Assembly (NCBI GenBank): GCA_903873295.1
Contig: CAIQNV010000157.1
Coordinates: 1,989 to 65,988 of the forward strand
Direction of reading: 5' to 3'
Length of the DNA stretch: 64,000 nucleotides
Source: an uncultured Elusimicrobia bacterium
Lineage (GTDB): Bacteria > Elusimicrobiota > Elusimicrobia > Elusimicrobiales > UBA9959
Positions 29,688 to 39,317 of the stretch are shown here, one piece after another. Both the position numbers and the translations under genes were made by a program. The notes below the pieces were generated by a model. The model searched no databases, was not told the origin of the DNA, and was given only the letters and a program-made list of their open reading frames with translations. Each line of letters starts with the position of its first letter. Position 1 is the stretch's first letter.

Positions 29688-31202
29688 TTAAAGACTGAAG
29701 AAATCCTTTATTTTGGAAAGCAGGTCCTGCTCCTCGGCCGCCTGTCCCCGCGCCGCGACCTCGCCCGCCATTTTTTCTTTGGCCTCGGCGAGCTCCACGC
29801 GCCTTCCGGCAAGCATGGCGGCGATGAGCCCGGCTATCTCCGGGCGGCTCGCAAGGATGCCGCGGAAGCCGTCCCTGTCCAGGCGGTAGCAGCGCACGTC
29901 TCCGGCCGCCACGGCGGTGGCCGAGCGAGGCTCGCCGGTAAAAAGTCCCATCTCTCCCAGAAAATCTCCGGGCCCGAGCGTCTTTACCGCACGGTAAGCG
30001 CCGGTGGCGCCGGAATAGAGCCGCACTTCAACGCTGCCCTCGTATACGATATAAAGCCAGTCGGCCACGGCGCCCTGCCTGGTAATAAGCTCTCCGCCGG
30101 CGAACGGGGTCGGCTTAAGCAGGCCCGCGAGGATGTCCCTTTCGCTGTCCGTCAGGGCCCGGAAAACATCCGCTCCTTTCAGGGCCGCAAGCCTGCGCGC
30201 TTTCTCCGCTTTAAGGTTCTTATCCGCGATAGAGTCCGCCTCCTCCGTCACCACCACCGACCTGGCCGGGGTAGAAAGTTTTATACCGGCGCGGGAGAGC
30301 GCGTAGTATATCCGGCTGCGCACCATGGAATCCGTAGCGCCGCCCATCGAGGGGTCGGCCAGCCAGTAATTCACGCTGTAGACGATGCTGCTGCCCTGAA
30401 ACTCCTTGATCACGCAGACCGGCGCCGGCTCGGCGCCCACGAACTCCGGCGGGTCGTCCCGCAGAGCCTGCTCCACCGCGCGTATCACCTCGCCCGGGGC
30501 CCGGTCGTAATAAACATTAAAGAGGACCGGGCGGAAACTCTTGTTGCCGCAGGTCCGGCCCAGCACCGTGACCGAGCTTTTCATCAGCATGATATTGGGG
30601 ATAAGGATCAGGTCGCCGGTGAAAGTCTCAAGGGTGGTCTGGCGCCAGCGTATCTCGCGCACGATGCCCTCCTGCCCGTCTATCTTTATCCTGTCCCCGG
30701 GAACGAAAGCGTCCTCTATGTGCAGCACCATCCCGCCGATGATGTTGCCCAGCGTATCCTGGAGCGAGAAAGCCACGACGCCGGTCACTACCGCGGAAGT
30801 GGCCAGAATGCCGCTCAGGTTGGCGCCCGAAGCGGAGATCACGCCGAAGCCGGCCGCGATATAAGCGCCGGCCAGGATGAGATCTTCCACGAATTTGGAG
30901 ATACCGGCTTTAATTTTAGGCAGGAGCAGTGAAAAAATAAAGATGCCGGAGACGTTTATGAAGGCTATCACGGCGAGAAGGCGGGACAGCACCGCGCCGA
31001 GTTTTACCAGGCCGCCCGCGCTGCCGCCGCCGAAAAGACCGGTGGTGAGAATGCCCGCTATCGAACACAGCGCCAAAAAAACCGTCATCCCTATCCTCTT
31101 GCGGGAAGCCGGGGCGGCGCGGTAAAGGAAAGCCATCGCAAAGAAAAGAATTAAATAAAACCCGATGATCCCGGGGCTGAACAAGGCGGAAATGTTTTGC
31201 AT
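29688..31202 (-). CDS. MscS-family channel with C-terminal cNMP-binding domain (bCNG-like)
   Basis: AFSLQDTLGN, GDRIKI, IPN; C-terminal GDFLGEMGLFTGEPRSATAVA; start 31202 or 31232. Confidence 0.9.
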   Translation of the reverse strand: MQNISALFSPGIIGFYLILFFAMAFLYRAAPASRKRIGMTVFLALCSIAGILTTGLFGGGSAGGLVKLGAVLSRLLAVIAFINVSGIFIFSLLLPKIKAGISKFVEDLILAGAYIAAGFGVISASGANLSGILATSAVVTGVVAFSLQDTLGNIIGGMVLHIEDAFVPGDRIKIDGQEGIVREIRWRQTTLETFTGDLILIPNIMLMKSSVTVLGRTCGNKSFRPVLFNVYYDRAPGEVIRAVEQALRDDPPEFVGAEPAPVCVIKEFQGSSIVYSVNYWLADPSMGGATDSMVRSRIYYALSRAGIKLSTPARSVVVTEEADSIADKNLKAEKARRLAALKGADVFRALTDSERDILAGLLKPTPFAGGELITRQGAVADWLYIVYEGSVEVRLYSGATGAYRAVKTLGPGDFLGEMGLFTGEPRSATAVAAGDVRCYRLDRDGFRGILASRPEIAGLIAAMLAGRRVELAEAKEKMAGEVAARGQAAEEQDLLSKIKDFFSL

Positions 31203-31228
31203 GGCTATATTGTAGAAAATAGCGGGGC

Positions 31229-31759
31229 TCAATAAAGCCCGAGAAGCCGCCAGAGCAGACCCAGCTGCACCAGGCCCGCCGGGGCGCAGGCGGCGAGGAA
31301 AAGGCGGCGCTTGCGCGTGGCGATGCGGGCACCGCTAACTATCTGGCCTACGATGTCTTCATAATACGGCGTCGCAGTGACCCCGCCGCCGAGATACCTG
31401 TCGAGAAGAATTACAAGCTCGAGCTGCGGATATTTCGCGATATCCTGCGGGGCGAGCAGGCAATCCCCCGCGTGCCGCCTGTCCATCCGCGGATCGATCC
31501 AGGAGAGCTGTCTCTGCGCTTCTATCAGGGGCGAGAACGCGAAAAGCCCAATAAGCACTACCGCCGCCAGGAGCGCGAGGGCCGGATAAGCGGGCACGCC
31601 GCCGGGAGCCAGAAGCTTAAGGAGAGCCATTTGGGCCGCGGCGAAGACCGCCAGTGCCCCCAGTTTTATATCGGTCCATTCTACCGCATGGCGCATATTC
31701 CCGTGCAGGATCCAAAGCCGCCGCTCGGGTTCCGGGTTCAGGTGCGAAGAGACGCTCAT
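31229..31759 (-). CDS. PycTM/DUF5706-like (Pycsar effector family) membrane protein
   Basis: ATG 31759 after AGGAGG; 176 aa; EWTDIKL-TM-TM-SP, QDIAKY, QIVSGARIATRKRRLF-TM pattern. Confidence 0.72.
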   Translation of the reverse strand: MSVSSHLNPEPERRLWILHGNMRHAVEWTDIKLGALAVFAAAQMALLKLLAPGGVPAYPALALLAAVVLIGLFAFSPLIEAQRQLSWIDPRMDRRHAGDCLLAPQDIAKYPQLELVILLDRYLGGGVTATPYYEDIVGQIVSGARIATRKRRLFLAACAPAGLVQLGLLWRLLGLY

Positions 31760-31817
31760 TGCTTCCTCCTGCTGCTTCCTCTGCTGGGGATCTCGCGCAG
31801 TTGGGCGCGGCGGCCGT

Positions 31818-34043
31818 TCAGCTGTCCTGCAGGCGGCGCAATTCGCTGTCGGCCTCCCGCAGGCGCAGCGCCTCCACGCCCGCGAGGCTCTGGAAGAACG
31901 CCGCGCTGACGGCTGGGTCCCGGCGGGAGATCTCATCGAAAACATCCCGGCTGATCACATAGAGGTCCGTATCGCTCAGGGCGATGGCGTCGGCTGTGCG
32001 CGGCGTGCGGGCCAGGAAAGCGACCTCACCGAAGAAATCGCCCGGCCCGAAGACGGCAAGATGATGCTGGCGATGCGTATCCTTGAGCGGCAGCACGATG
32101 CGCACGCGCCCGCGGCGGATAAGAAAAAGCTCGTTGCCCCGGCCCTTGCGGAGAAATATCGGCTTGCCGGCCTCTACCCGGTGTTCCCTGAAAACAGCGC
32201 GCAGGCCGGCCAGGGAAGAGGGCTCGGTCTTCCTCAAAAAATCTATTTCAGAAAGATCGAGCAATTCTCCGGCGGACGGGCGCTCAATACCCGCCTCCTC
32301 CAGAGCGCGGTCCTCAGCCCACTCCAGGGCGTCGTGAAGCGTTTCAAATACACGTCCCTGCCCCTCGCGATGCGACAGCCCGAGATGTTTAAAATAGGCG
32401 CTCAGGTCCTGACCGGTGGGCAGGCTCGGCGGCAGATGGGAGAAGACGAGCGAGCCGCCGCGCTCCCCCAGCATCTCCCCCACCTGCTCCAGCATGTGCA
32501 CGGCCGTGAAGTCCACCGAGGTCACGCGCCGCATGTCCAGGATAAGGCGCCGGCAGGAGCGCATGTCGGTCTCTATTTCGGTAAAAAGCTGGTCGGTGGT
32601 GCCGAAGAACAGGCTGCCCTGGAGCTCGACAATAAGCGTTTCGGCGCCCCGGGCGGCCAGCGCCGCGCGCTCCCCGGACAGACGCTGCTGCTTTGAGGAG
32701 ATCTCCGCGCCCGTAGCTTTGCGCCGGATGACGGTGCTGTTCATCTGCTCGCGGATGAACAGCAGAATGGAGAGGGCTATCCCCACCCCGGCGGCCGCGA
32801 TGAGGTCCGCCGCGAGCGCAGTACCGGTCACGGAAATTATAACCGCGAAATCCAGCATAGTGGAGCGCCGAAGCGCGAGCCGCACGCTGGAGCGGTCTAT
32901 CATGCGCGCTCCGACCACCGTTAATATTCCCGCCAGCGCCGCGAGCGGAATACGCCCGATGGCGCCGCCCAGCGCAAGCGCCGCGACAAGGGCAAAAGCG
33001 CCTTCGAACAGACCCGCGCCGCGGGTCCTGCCGCCGCTGGCCAGGCTGACCATCGTCGCGCCCAATGTGCCGGCGCCCGGCATGCCGCCAAGCACCGCGG
33101 AGGCGATATTGCCGGCGCCCTGCCCCCTGAGTTCCCGGTTGGAATCGTGCCGGGAGCGGACGATGGAATCAGTCACCACGCAAGTCTTGAGCGTATCGAT
33201 GGAAAGAAGCACCGAGAGCGTGAGCGCCGGGCCAAGTAGCAGGTAGAGCTCATGCGCCCCCAGCAGGCGTACGGCGCCGAAGTTGGAAACGATGCTCCTG
33301 AAAACGGCCGCCGGGCTGGTGGAGATAGCCCCGATGATGAACGGATTAGCGTCCAGCGCCAGCAGCTGGGGCCGAAAAAAACCCGCCGCGAAGTGCGCCG
33401 CTATCCCCGCCCCGAGGCCCAGAATAGCCGCCGGGACCCGTTTTGTAAACCGCGGAGCCGCCAGCGTGGCGCCGACGGTGACAAGAGCTACGCAAACCGC
33501 GGGCCATTGCCAGGCGTAAGGGGAGAGCAGGCCCGCGAGCGGTGAGGCGCCTTTCGCGAGCCCGAGGAACGGAGCGAGCTGCTTCAGGATTATCAGCAGA
33601 CCGACGCCGCTCATATAACCCGTCACCACGGGATAAGGAATATATTTGATAAGACGCCCGCCGCCGAGCGCTCCGTAGACCGCCTGCAGAACGCCGGAGA
33701 ACAGGCCGACCAGGGCGAGAGAAACGATAACGCTCTCCGGCGCCGCGCCCCCCCCTATCAGCCGCACGCACAGCGCAGCCATAACGGCCGCCGCCGGAGC
33801 GCAGGGAGCGGAAATAAGGCGCGGGGCGCCGCCCAGCGCCGGAGCTAGCAGCCCTATGGCCACGGTCCCGAGGACTCCCGCGAGCGCGCCCGCGCCGGCA
33901 AAGCCGGGCCCGAGCGGCGCGTACATAGCCACGCCGAACGCGATGGCGGAGGGCAGCGCGACCAGCATCGCCGCCATCCCGCCCCACGCGTCCGCCCACT
34001 CGATTTTTTTAGGTGCGGGAAGAGCGCCTTCTGTTGTTGTCAT
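31818..34043 (-). CDS. SulP/SLC26 anion transporter with STAS and cNMP-binding domains
   Basis: LVALPSAIAFG, IKYIPYPVVTG, DSNRELRGQG, GSLFFG/VDFTA (STAS), GDFFGEVAFL..PRTADA (cNMP). Confidence 0.92.
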   Translation of the reverse strand: MTTTEGALPAPKKIEWADAWGGMAAMLVALPSAIAFGVAMYAPLGPGFAGAGALAGVLGTVAIGLLAPALGGAPRLISAPCAPAAAVMAALCVRLIGGGAAPESVIVSLALVGLFSGVLQAVYGALGGGRLIKYIPYPVVTGYMSGVGLLIILKQLAPFLGLAKGASPLAGLLSPYAWQWPAVCVALVTVGATLAAPRFTKRVPAAILGLGAGIAAHFAAGFFRPQLLALDANPFIIGAISTSPAAVFRSIVSNFGAVRLLGAHELYLLLGPALTLSVLLSIDTLKTCVVTDSIVRSRHDSNRELRGQGAGNIASAVLGGMPGAGTLGATMVSLASGGRTRGAGLFEGAFALVAALALGGAIGRIPLAALAGILTVVGARMIDRSSVRLALRRSTMLDFAVIISVTGTALAADLIAAAGVGIALSILLFIREQMNSTVIRRKATGAEISSKQQRLSGERAALAARGAETLIVELQGSLFFGTTDQLFTEIETDMRSCRRLILDMRRVTSVDFTAVHMLEQVGEMLGERGGSLVFSHLPPSLPTGQDLSAYFKHLGLSHREGQGRVFETLHDALEWAEDRALEEAGIERPSAGELLDLSEIDFLRKTEPSSLAGLRAVFREHRVEAGKPIFLRKGRGNELFLIRRGRVRIVLPLKDTHRQHHLAVFGPGDFFGEVAFLARTPRTADAIALSDTDLYVISRDVFDEISRRDPAVSAAFFQSLAGVEALRLREADSELRRLQDS

Positions 34044-34114
34044 AGATATTGAGAATCGCAGTCCGGCCGGCGCTTTTAAGGATGCTGCCAAGTCCCGGGC
34101 GCAATTCGACCATA

Positions 34115-34147
34115 TTAATATACCAAACAAAGAGACCCCAGCAAAAC
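34115..34147. repeat. Direct repeat of tRNA-Gln downstream sequence, copy 1
   Basis: TTAATATACCAAACAAAGAGACCCCAGCAAAAC vs TTAACTATACCAAACAAAAAGACCCCGGCAAAAC at 42187. Confidence 0.8.
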
Positions 34148-34196
34148 CGCGGCGGCCGCCAGAGAATTAGCCGACGGCTTCGCGGGTGGGTTTATA

Positions 34197-34225
34197 TTGA
34201 CAATGGGGGCTATGTTACTTACAAT
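34197..34225 (+). promoter_or_regulatory. sigma70 promoter
   Basis: TTGACA, 17 nt, TACAAT upstream of 34272. Confidence 0.7.
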
Positions 34226-34271
34226 ATTATCGCGGTAACTATACTTTTATACTGGACATTAAAAGGAACGA

Positions 34272-35036
34272 ATGAAAATACACAAATCGATCGCCGCACT
34301 GGCCGTTATCTGTCTCTTACCCGTCATGGCGAGCGCCGAATGGGCGAGGACCGTCACCGCGTGGGACACGCTTCTCCCGGCTCAGGGGAAGATCCAGTTG
34401 TCGGTCTGGAGCGGCTATTATAAATCGGAACAGTCAAACATCGATAAAACCGAAAAGGGCGCCTACCTCGATATGGTCTACGGCCTTTCGGATAAATGGT
34501 CGGTTGGCGTCTCACCCTTCTTCTACGGGTGGAAGAAAGATGGCGGCGGTTCCGAGTCAGGTATCTCCGACACCTCACTGATGACGACTTACCGCTTTCG
34601 CGACGAGGCCACCGGCGGCCTCGACCTGGCGGTCATGGGTGTTTTCAATTTACCGACTGGGAATGAGGACAAGGATCTGGGAAGCGGAAAAGTGGAACCG
34701 GAAGTAAAATTGCTCGCCGCCAAGAAGTACGGGCCCATCATCGCCGTGGCCAATCTCGGCGTAACCACGGTCCTCAACGCTGACAAAGGCTACAAGGATG
34801 TAATGTTTCAGCCCTCTCTCGAAGGCGTCTATCCTTTGAATGACCGGCTGAGCCTCAACGCGGCCTTCACCGGTTCGACCGCTTCGTCCGACACTATGGA
34901 TGGCTGGGTAGACATGGCCGTAGGCGCCATGTTCAAACCGCGGGAGGATATGTTCGTAGCGGGATCGGTCACCACATGCGTAACCAGTTCCTGTGACTGG
35001 AATGGTATCGAGCTCTCCGCCGGCATCCAGTTCTAA
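34272..35036 (+). CDS. Putative outer-membrane beta-barrel (SphA/MetA-degradation transporter-like)
   Basis: Signal peptide, SGISD, LPTG..DLGSG motif, C-terminal Phe. Confidence 0.7.
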   Translation: MKIHKSIAALAVICLLPVMASAEWARTVTAWDTLLPAQGKIQLSVWSGYYKSEQSNIDKTEKGAYLDMVYGLSDKWSVGVSPFFYGWKKDGGGSESGISDTSLMTTYRFRDEATGGLDLAVMGVFNLPTGNEDKDLGSGKVEPEVKLLAAKKYGPIIAVANLGVTTVLNADKGYKDVMFQPSLEGVYPLNDRLSLNAAFTGSTASSDTMDGWVDMAVGAMFKPREDMFVAGSVTTCVTSSCDWNGIELSAGIQF

Positions 35037-35050
35037 CCGGGTATTCAGTT

Positions 35051-35083
35051 GAAAAAGCCGCGGGCCAGCAGCCCGCGGCTTTT
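35051..35083. terminator. Bidirectional terminator
   Basis: AAAAGCCGCGGG...CCCGCGGCTTTT between convergent genes. Confidence 0.75.
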
Positions 35084-35183
35084 CATTTATAAAAAAAACG
35101 CTCCCACCAGCTGCGCGGCAGGCGGCGCAAGGTCGATAGCCCAGCCATTGATGTTGTTCATCAGAGATAGGGAAAGCGTTACT

Positions 35184-35561
35184 TTAGCCGGGCTTAATAA
35201 ATTTCAGCAGCAGGGCGATGCCGGCCAACAGGAGCAGGACTATTATCGTCCGTTTAGATAGCGCTCCCTCCTGCGCCGGAATTTCAGGCAGAAGCACGGT
35301 ATTTCCCGTGCTCTGCGCAGCGGCTTTGGCCTTCCTGAGGGTTTCCTCGTATCTCATGCGCGTGTCCGGCGGCATGGCTTCAGGGCTGTCGTAGCCTGCG
35401 CCGTCGAAAGTTATCTTGCTGTGTCCCATTAGGGTACCGGCCGAGCTCATGGCGTTCTGAACGATATGCCGGTATTCCTCCGGCACCTCTTCCGGTGATC
35501 CGTATTCTTTCCCGTTCACCGTGATCTTCCGCTTGATGCTGATATTAAAGTCTATTCCCAT
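35184..35561 (-). CDS. Hypothetical protein with internal repeat and C-terminal TM
   Basis: KITVNGKEYGSPEEVP / KITFDGAGYDSPEAMP repeat; hydrophobic tail. Confidence 0.65.
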   Translation of the reverse strand: MGIDFNISIKRKITVNGKEYGSPEEVPEEYRHIVQNAMSSAGTLMGHSKITFDGAGYDSPEAMPPDTRMRYEETLRKAKAAAQSTGNTVLLPEIPAQEGALSKRTIIVLLLLAGIALLLKFIKPG

Positions 35562-35627
35562 ATATTCAGCCTTGTTAACAACTCCGCCGCCGCAACTTTA
35601 AGAGAGATGAAAAGAGTTATCCCTCAA

Positions 35628-36323
35628 CTATTCCACCCACGTGATAAATTTATCCATGTCGAATTCTTTGGCCGTTTCCGGCGGCTTCGAGGGGAAACCG
35701 ATAACGCACCCGTCAAGCTCATACTCGCCCTTGGGCAAGCCGAGCAATTCAAGGAACCTGTCGTTCTTTGACATAAGGCCGGTCGCGGATATCAACTGGA
35801 AACCAAGACCCAGGTGCGTAGCCGTAAGCCACATATTCTGCATGGCATGCGCGAGAGATTGTTTCTCTACCGGAGGGAAACCTTTCTTTTCCGCGACGAT
35901 AATGTAGTAAGGGGCGTTTTTCAATGAGGGGATCCCGCTGTCGGACACAGCTTTCAGCCTTTCGGCGAACCCTTTCATTTTCTTACGCAAAAAAGGCAAT
36001 AACATCAGAGTAATATCGAGCTTAGCCGAGCTCTTTTTGAGTTGGGAAAACAGCAATTCTACCGCCTCGGTCATCTTCTCCGAGTTCTGCTTTAAAACGA
36101 ACACTTTCCTTGTTTCCGATAAAGGGATCCCGGTCGCGCTTGCATACGGGGCGTATATCGCGGAGGCCGTTATTTCTTTTACAGCTTCTATGCGCGGGAC
36201 CTCATCGGTAAAGCTTCGGACAGACCTTCTTGACCTTATGATTTGTTCAAATGTTTCTGGCATATTGTTATTTTCCGGGGCCATTGTTAACTTTGGATAT
36301 CTCCGCCGTCTGACATAGAACAT
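35628..36323 (-). CDS. Nitroreductase family protein
   Basis: RSRRSVRSF, QNMWLTATHLGLG; true start probably 40-60 nt downstream. Confidence 0.85.
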   Translation of the reverse strand: MFYVRRRRYPKLTMAPENNNMPETFEQIIRSRRSVRSFTDEVPRIEAVKEITASAIYAPYASATGIPLSETRKVFVLKQNSEKMTEAVELLFSQLKKSSAKLDITLMLLPFLRKKMKGFAERLKAVSDSGIPSLKNAPYYIIVAEKKGFPPVEKQSLAHAMQNMWLTATHLGLGFQLISATGLMSKNDRFLELLGLPKGEYELDGCVIGFPSKPPETAKEFDMDKFITWVE

Positions 36324-36510
36324 CCTACAAATAAAAAAGGCCCCTCGGAAGGAGGTTTAAAATTTGCCACCTCAGGCGGACAAGTTTCGCAACCGGCTGA
36401 GCACGGATCCCTGTTGAAATACCATTAAGCGGACTGCCCACTCAGGGGAACACCGGCTTTTTTGTATGATAGCGATAGGATTCCTGTTTTAGCGCTTTAA
36501 GGAAATACAC

Positions 36511-37053
36511 ATGATTAAAATTCTCAAGATCGCCGGGATTGTCGCCATGGTATTTATCTTCTGCGCTGTCGCCTTCTTACTGCGGGCCAACCGCAGCTTC
36601 TCCCCCAAAGAATACCCGCCAACCCAGGTACGGGATATGTGCGGCCCCATAATCGGCGGGGAAGGCTTTACCCTTACGGATCCCGATGTTTTGGAACACG
36701 GGTGGAATGAGGGCGGAATGGATTCGGCGACGCTCTGCAGCATGAAGACCACACCCGAACGCGTGCGCGCTCTCAAGCAGGCGATCCGGATGAGGAACGG
36801 CACGGTCTGGTCAGGCTGGAAAACGACCGTGGCCCACACGCCCGCGGATTGCAAAGGCGACGAATACGACTGCCCCCGATACGGGCAGAGGCCCGGAAAA
36901 AAGCGGCCCGGCTGGTGGCCGGCCGGCGGACTTCGCGGAATTGAATGGTTCGGTATCACCATATTGCGCGAGGACGGCAGCCATGCGCACGGCGTGAATT
37001 ACGTGATCTCAGAACCCGAAGGGCTCGTCTTCGCGGAACGCTGGAGGACCTGA
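36511..37053 (+). CDS. Hypothetical membrane-anchored protein
   Basis: AAGGA RBS, N-terminal TM, 180 aa. Confidence 0.6.
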   Translation: MIKILKIAGIVAMVFIFCAVAFLLRANRSFSPKEYPPTQVRDMCGPIIGGEGFTLTDPDVLEHGWNEGGMDSATLCSMKTTPERVRALKQAIRMRNGTVWSGWKTTVAHTPADCKGDEYDCPRYGQRPGKKRPGWWPAGGLRGIEWFGITILREDGSHAHGVNYVISEPEGLVFAERWRT

Positions 37054-37215
37054 CACAAAGCTTTTCCTTTCGCTTTATTAGCGAAACGATTCAAGGATCG
37101 CCCCGATATTTGAGAATTGACTTCCCCGGCAACCGCAATCAGACCCAGCGGAACACAGCGGGGAGCCGCTTAATTATCACACGAGATAATCTACTAACAG
37201 CATGAATCCGAATGA

Positions 37216-37260
37216 TTAACTATACCAAACAAAAAGACACCGGCAAACATATCGGGGTCT
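37216..37260. repeat. Direct repeat of tRNA-Gln downstream sequence, copy 2
   Basis: First 32 nt match 42187-42218 with one mismatch. Confidence 0.85.
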
Positions 37261-37333
37261 CCCTGGGCTGATATAAAAAGGGAAAGTCAGTGCTGTGATC
37301 GAAAAACCGCCTGAGTTTTAGTATTATAGCGAT

Positions 37334-38044
37334 ATGAGTACGCCGCTTAAGTTCATACTTGTAAAGCCCCGCAACCCCGACAATATCGGCGCCTGCGCCA
37401 GGGCCATGGCCAATTTCGGCCTGTCCGAACTGGCCCTCGTCAGCCCTTTCGGATCCGACTGAGAGGAAGTAATACACCGCTGGAAGCAGGAAGCTTCAGT
37501 GGCGGCCATAAATTCCATGGATGTAATAGACGCCGCGCGCATCTACGGGAGCATCCCCGAGGCCGCCGAAGACTGCCAGTTGCTGCTGGGAACCTCGTCG
37601 CTGCACCAGATAAAACCGGAAAGGGACGTGATACTGCTTAAAGACGCCGCGGACTATATCGCCGGGCGCGAAGTCAAAAAGGCCGGCATACTTTTCGGCC
37701 CGGAAAAGACCGGCCTCACAAAGGAAGACCTGTCGCTGTGCAACGCCGTTATCAATATCCCTACCCTCCCGAAGCAGCCGTCCATGAACCTGGGACACTC
37801 AGTGGCTTTGATCACCTACGAACTTGCCGCGCGCCGCACAGGCGTCCCGGCTTTCCCCCAGGGCGAGGTGCCGCAGGCCTCGACCTATGAGATAAGCCGC
37901 CTGACCACGGAGATCTGCGGGAAACTGGAAAAACTTGGATGTAAAACCGGGACTTACCAGGCCATGGCCATCAGCCGCGGCCTGCTTGACGCCCGTCTGA
38001 CGAAGAACGCCATCAATATGCTTAAGCTTCTGCTCAAGAACTGA
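37334..38044 (+). pseudogene. TrmJ/LasT SPOUT RNA methyltransferase interrupted by in-frame TGA at 37460-37462
   Basis: ILVKPRNPDNIGACARAMANFG upstream of the TGA; LFGPEKTGL and SMNLGHSV downstream in the same frame. Confidence 0.8.
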
Positions 38045-38105
38045 GCCCCCGTCCGTCGAATGCCCGTTTCATGGCTTCAATATCTAATTTATAACTCCCG
38101 AAAAT

Positions 38106-38894
38106 TTATACCTTATACCGACCTATCGTCAGGCGTACAACCAGTGAGTTTATTGCCTTGTTGGATCCGGAACTGAACGTCCTTTGATAAATGCCGCTCA
38201 ATTTAGCCGCTTTAGGAAGATAAGCAAGGTTGACCCCCAAAGTCATCACCATGAAAGGGCTTATGCCCCCGGAATTCAAGTTATCCCAATATACTCCGCC
38301 CTTGTATATTTCCCGATAGCCCCCGAGAACGCTCAGAACAAGCGACGGCGTAGTTACAAAATTGCCGGTTTTAATATTTATATCCGCGCCGCCCTGGGCG
38401 CCGGTGATAAAGCTATAGACAGTAATCTCTTCCTTCCTGCTGTTCCCAACCGTAAAGTTCCCTACGGAAAATGGGATGGAGGTGAGAAAGCTCCAGACAC
38501 GGTTCTCGCCAGAACTCCCGAAATAGCGCTTATCGCCATTTACGTGAAGCACCATCCCGACCATATCTTTTTTTACGGATCCTAGATAAAGGTCTCCGCT
38601 CCCCGGCGCCCCCACCAGCGCGGCGCCAAACCCTACGCTTCTATACGTCGAGCTGGATGTCCTTTCCCCGAAAACGGCGGCAATATCCAGCCCGTCGACA
38701 TCCACGTTCTTCCCGCGCATGCTCAGATAGCCGAAAGATATGTCCCGTGTTTTCGACCGGGAGAAATTCACCGATGTCGGAGAAAAGACCTGTAGATTTG
38801 TTTGTTGGGCGCAGAGCTTATCGGCCGGGACCAAGATGCAAACGGACAGAATGGCGAATAATACCGCTATTGATTTCGTACCAATTGTATTCAT
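38106..38894 (-). CDS. Hypothetical secreted / beta-barrel-like protein (AT-richer than flanks)
   Basis: Signal peptide, beta-strand-rich 262 aa ORF. Confidence 0.6.
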   Translation of the reverse strand: MNTIGTKSIAVLFAILSVCILVPADKLCAQQTNLQVFSPTSVNFSRSKTRDISFGYLSMRGKNVDVDGLDIAAVFGERTSSSTYRSVGFGAALVGAPGSGDLYLGSVKKDMVGMVLHVNGDKRYFGSSGENRVWSFLTSIPFSVGNFTVGNSRKEEITVYSFITGAQGGADINIKTGNFVTTPSLVLSVLGGYREIYKGGVYWDNLNSGGISPFMVMTLGVNLAYLPKAAKLSGIYQRTFSSGSNKAINSLVVRLTIGRYKV

Positions 38895-39064
38895 GAACCA
38901 GGATAATGGAAGCTCTTCCTTAAATCTTAATTACATTTTACTAAATAGGGACAAATTGAAAAATAAAACAGAAAGAGATTGCCAGAATTGTGCCACAAAT
39001 GGCGCTTTAAGGTATTTAACACATATTATCTTCCATCACCTCCTAAAATACAACCCAGCCAGCC

Positions 39065-39130
39065 ATACCCAAAAAAGACCCCGGCAAAATTACCAGGAGT
39101 CTTGATAAAAATTTCTCCCCGAGCCGGACA
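39065..39130. repeat. Direct repeat of tRNA-Gln downstream sequence, copy 3, with degenerate tRNA 3' end
   Basis: AAAAAGACCCCGGCAAAA..CCAGG.G.CTT...TAAAA.TTTCTCC aligns to 42202-42250. Confidence 0.8.
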
Positions 39131-39244
39131 GGAGGTGGCTTCCCTTGGAGGCCTTACCAAAACCGCGCATAAAACCCTCTCTGTAAGCCATTAAACAAGT
39201 TTGGGCCTATATATCCGCCCAAATACCTGAGATAGTATAATAAA

Positions 39245-39313
39245 CGCATTATATGCGGATATTATCCATTGACAATGCGGAGAATATAGCCTATAATATA
39301 CGCAATAGGTGCG
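39245..39313 (+). promoter_or_regulatory. Consensus sigma70 promoter flanked by CGCA-N5-TGCG palindromes
   Basis: TTGACA 39269-74, 17 nt, TATAAT 39292-97; palindromes at 39245-57 and 39301-13. Confidence 0.75.
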
Positions 39314-39317
39314 GAGT

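Noticed and set aside
37460-37462. Genome-wide TGA reassignment
   Set aside because: Conserved genes end at TGA at their expected C-termini and use TGG for Trp
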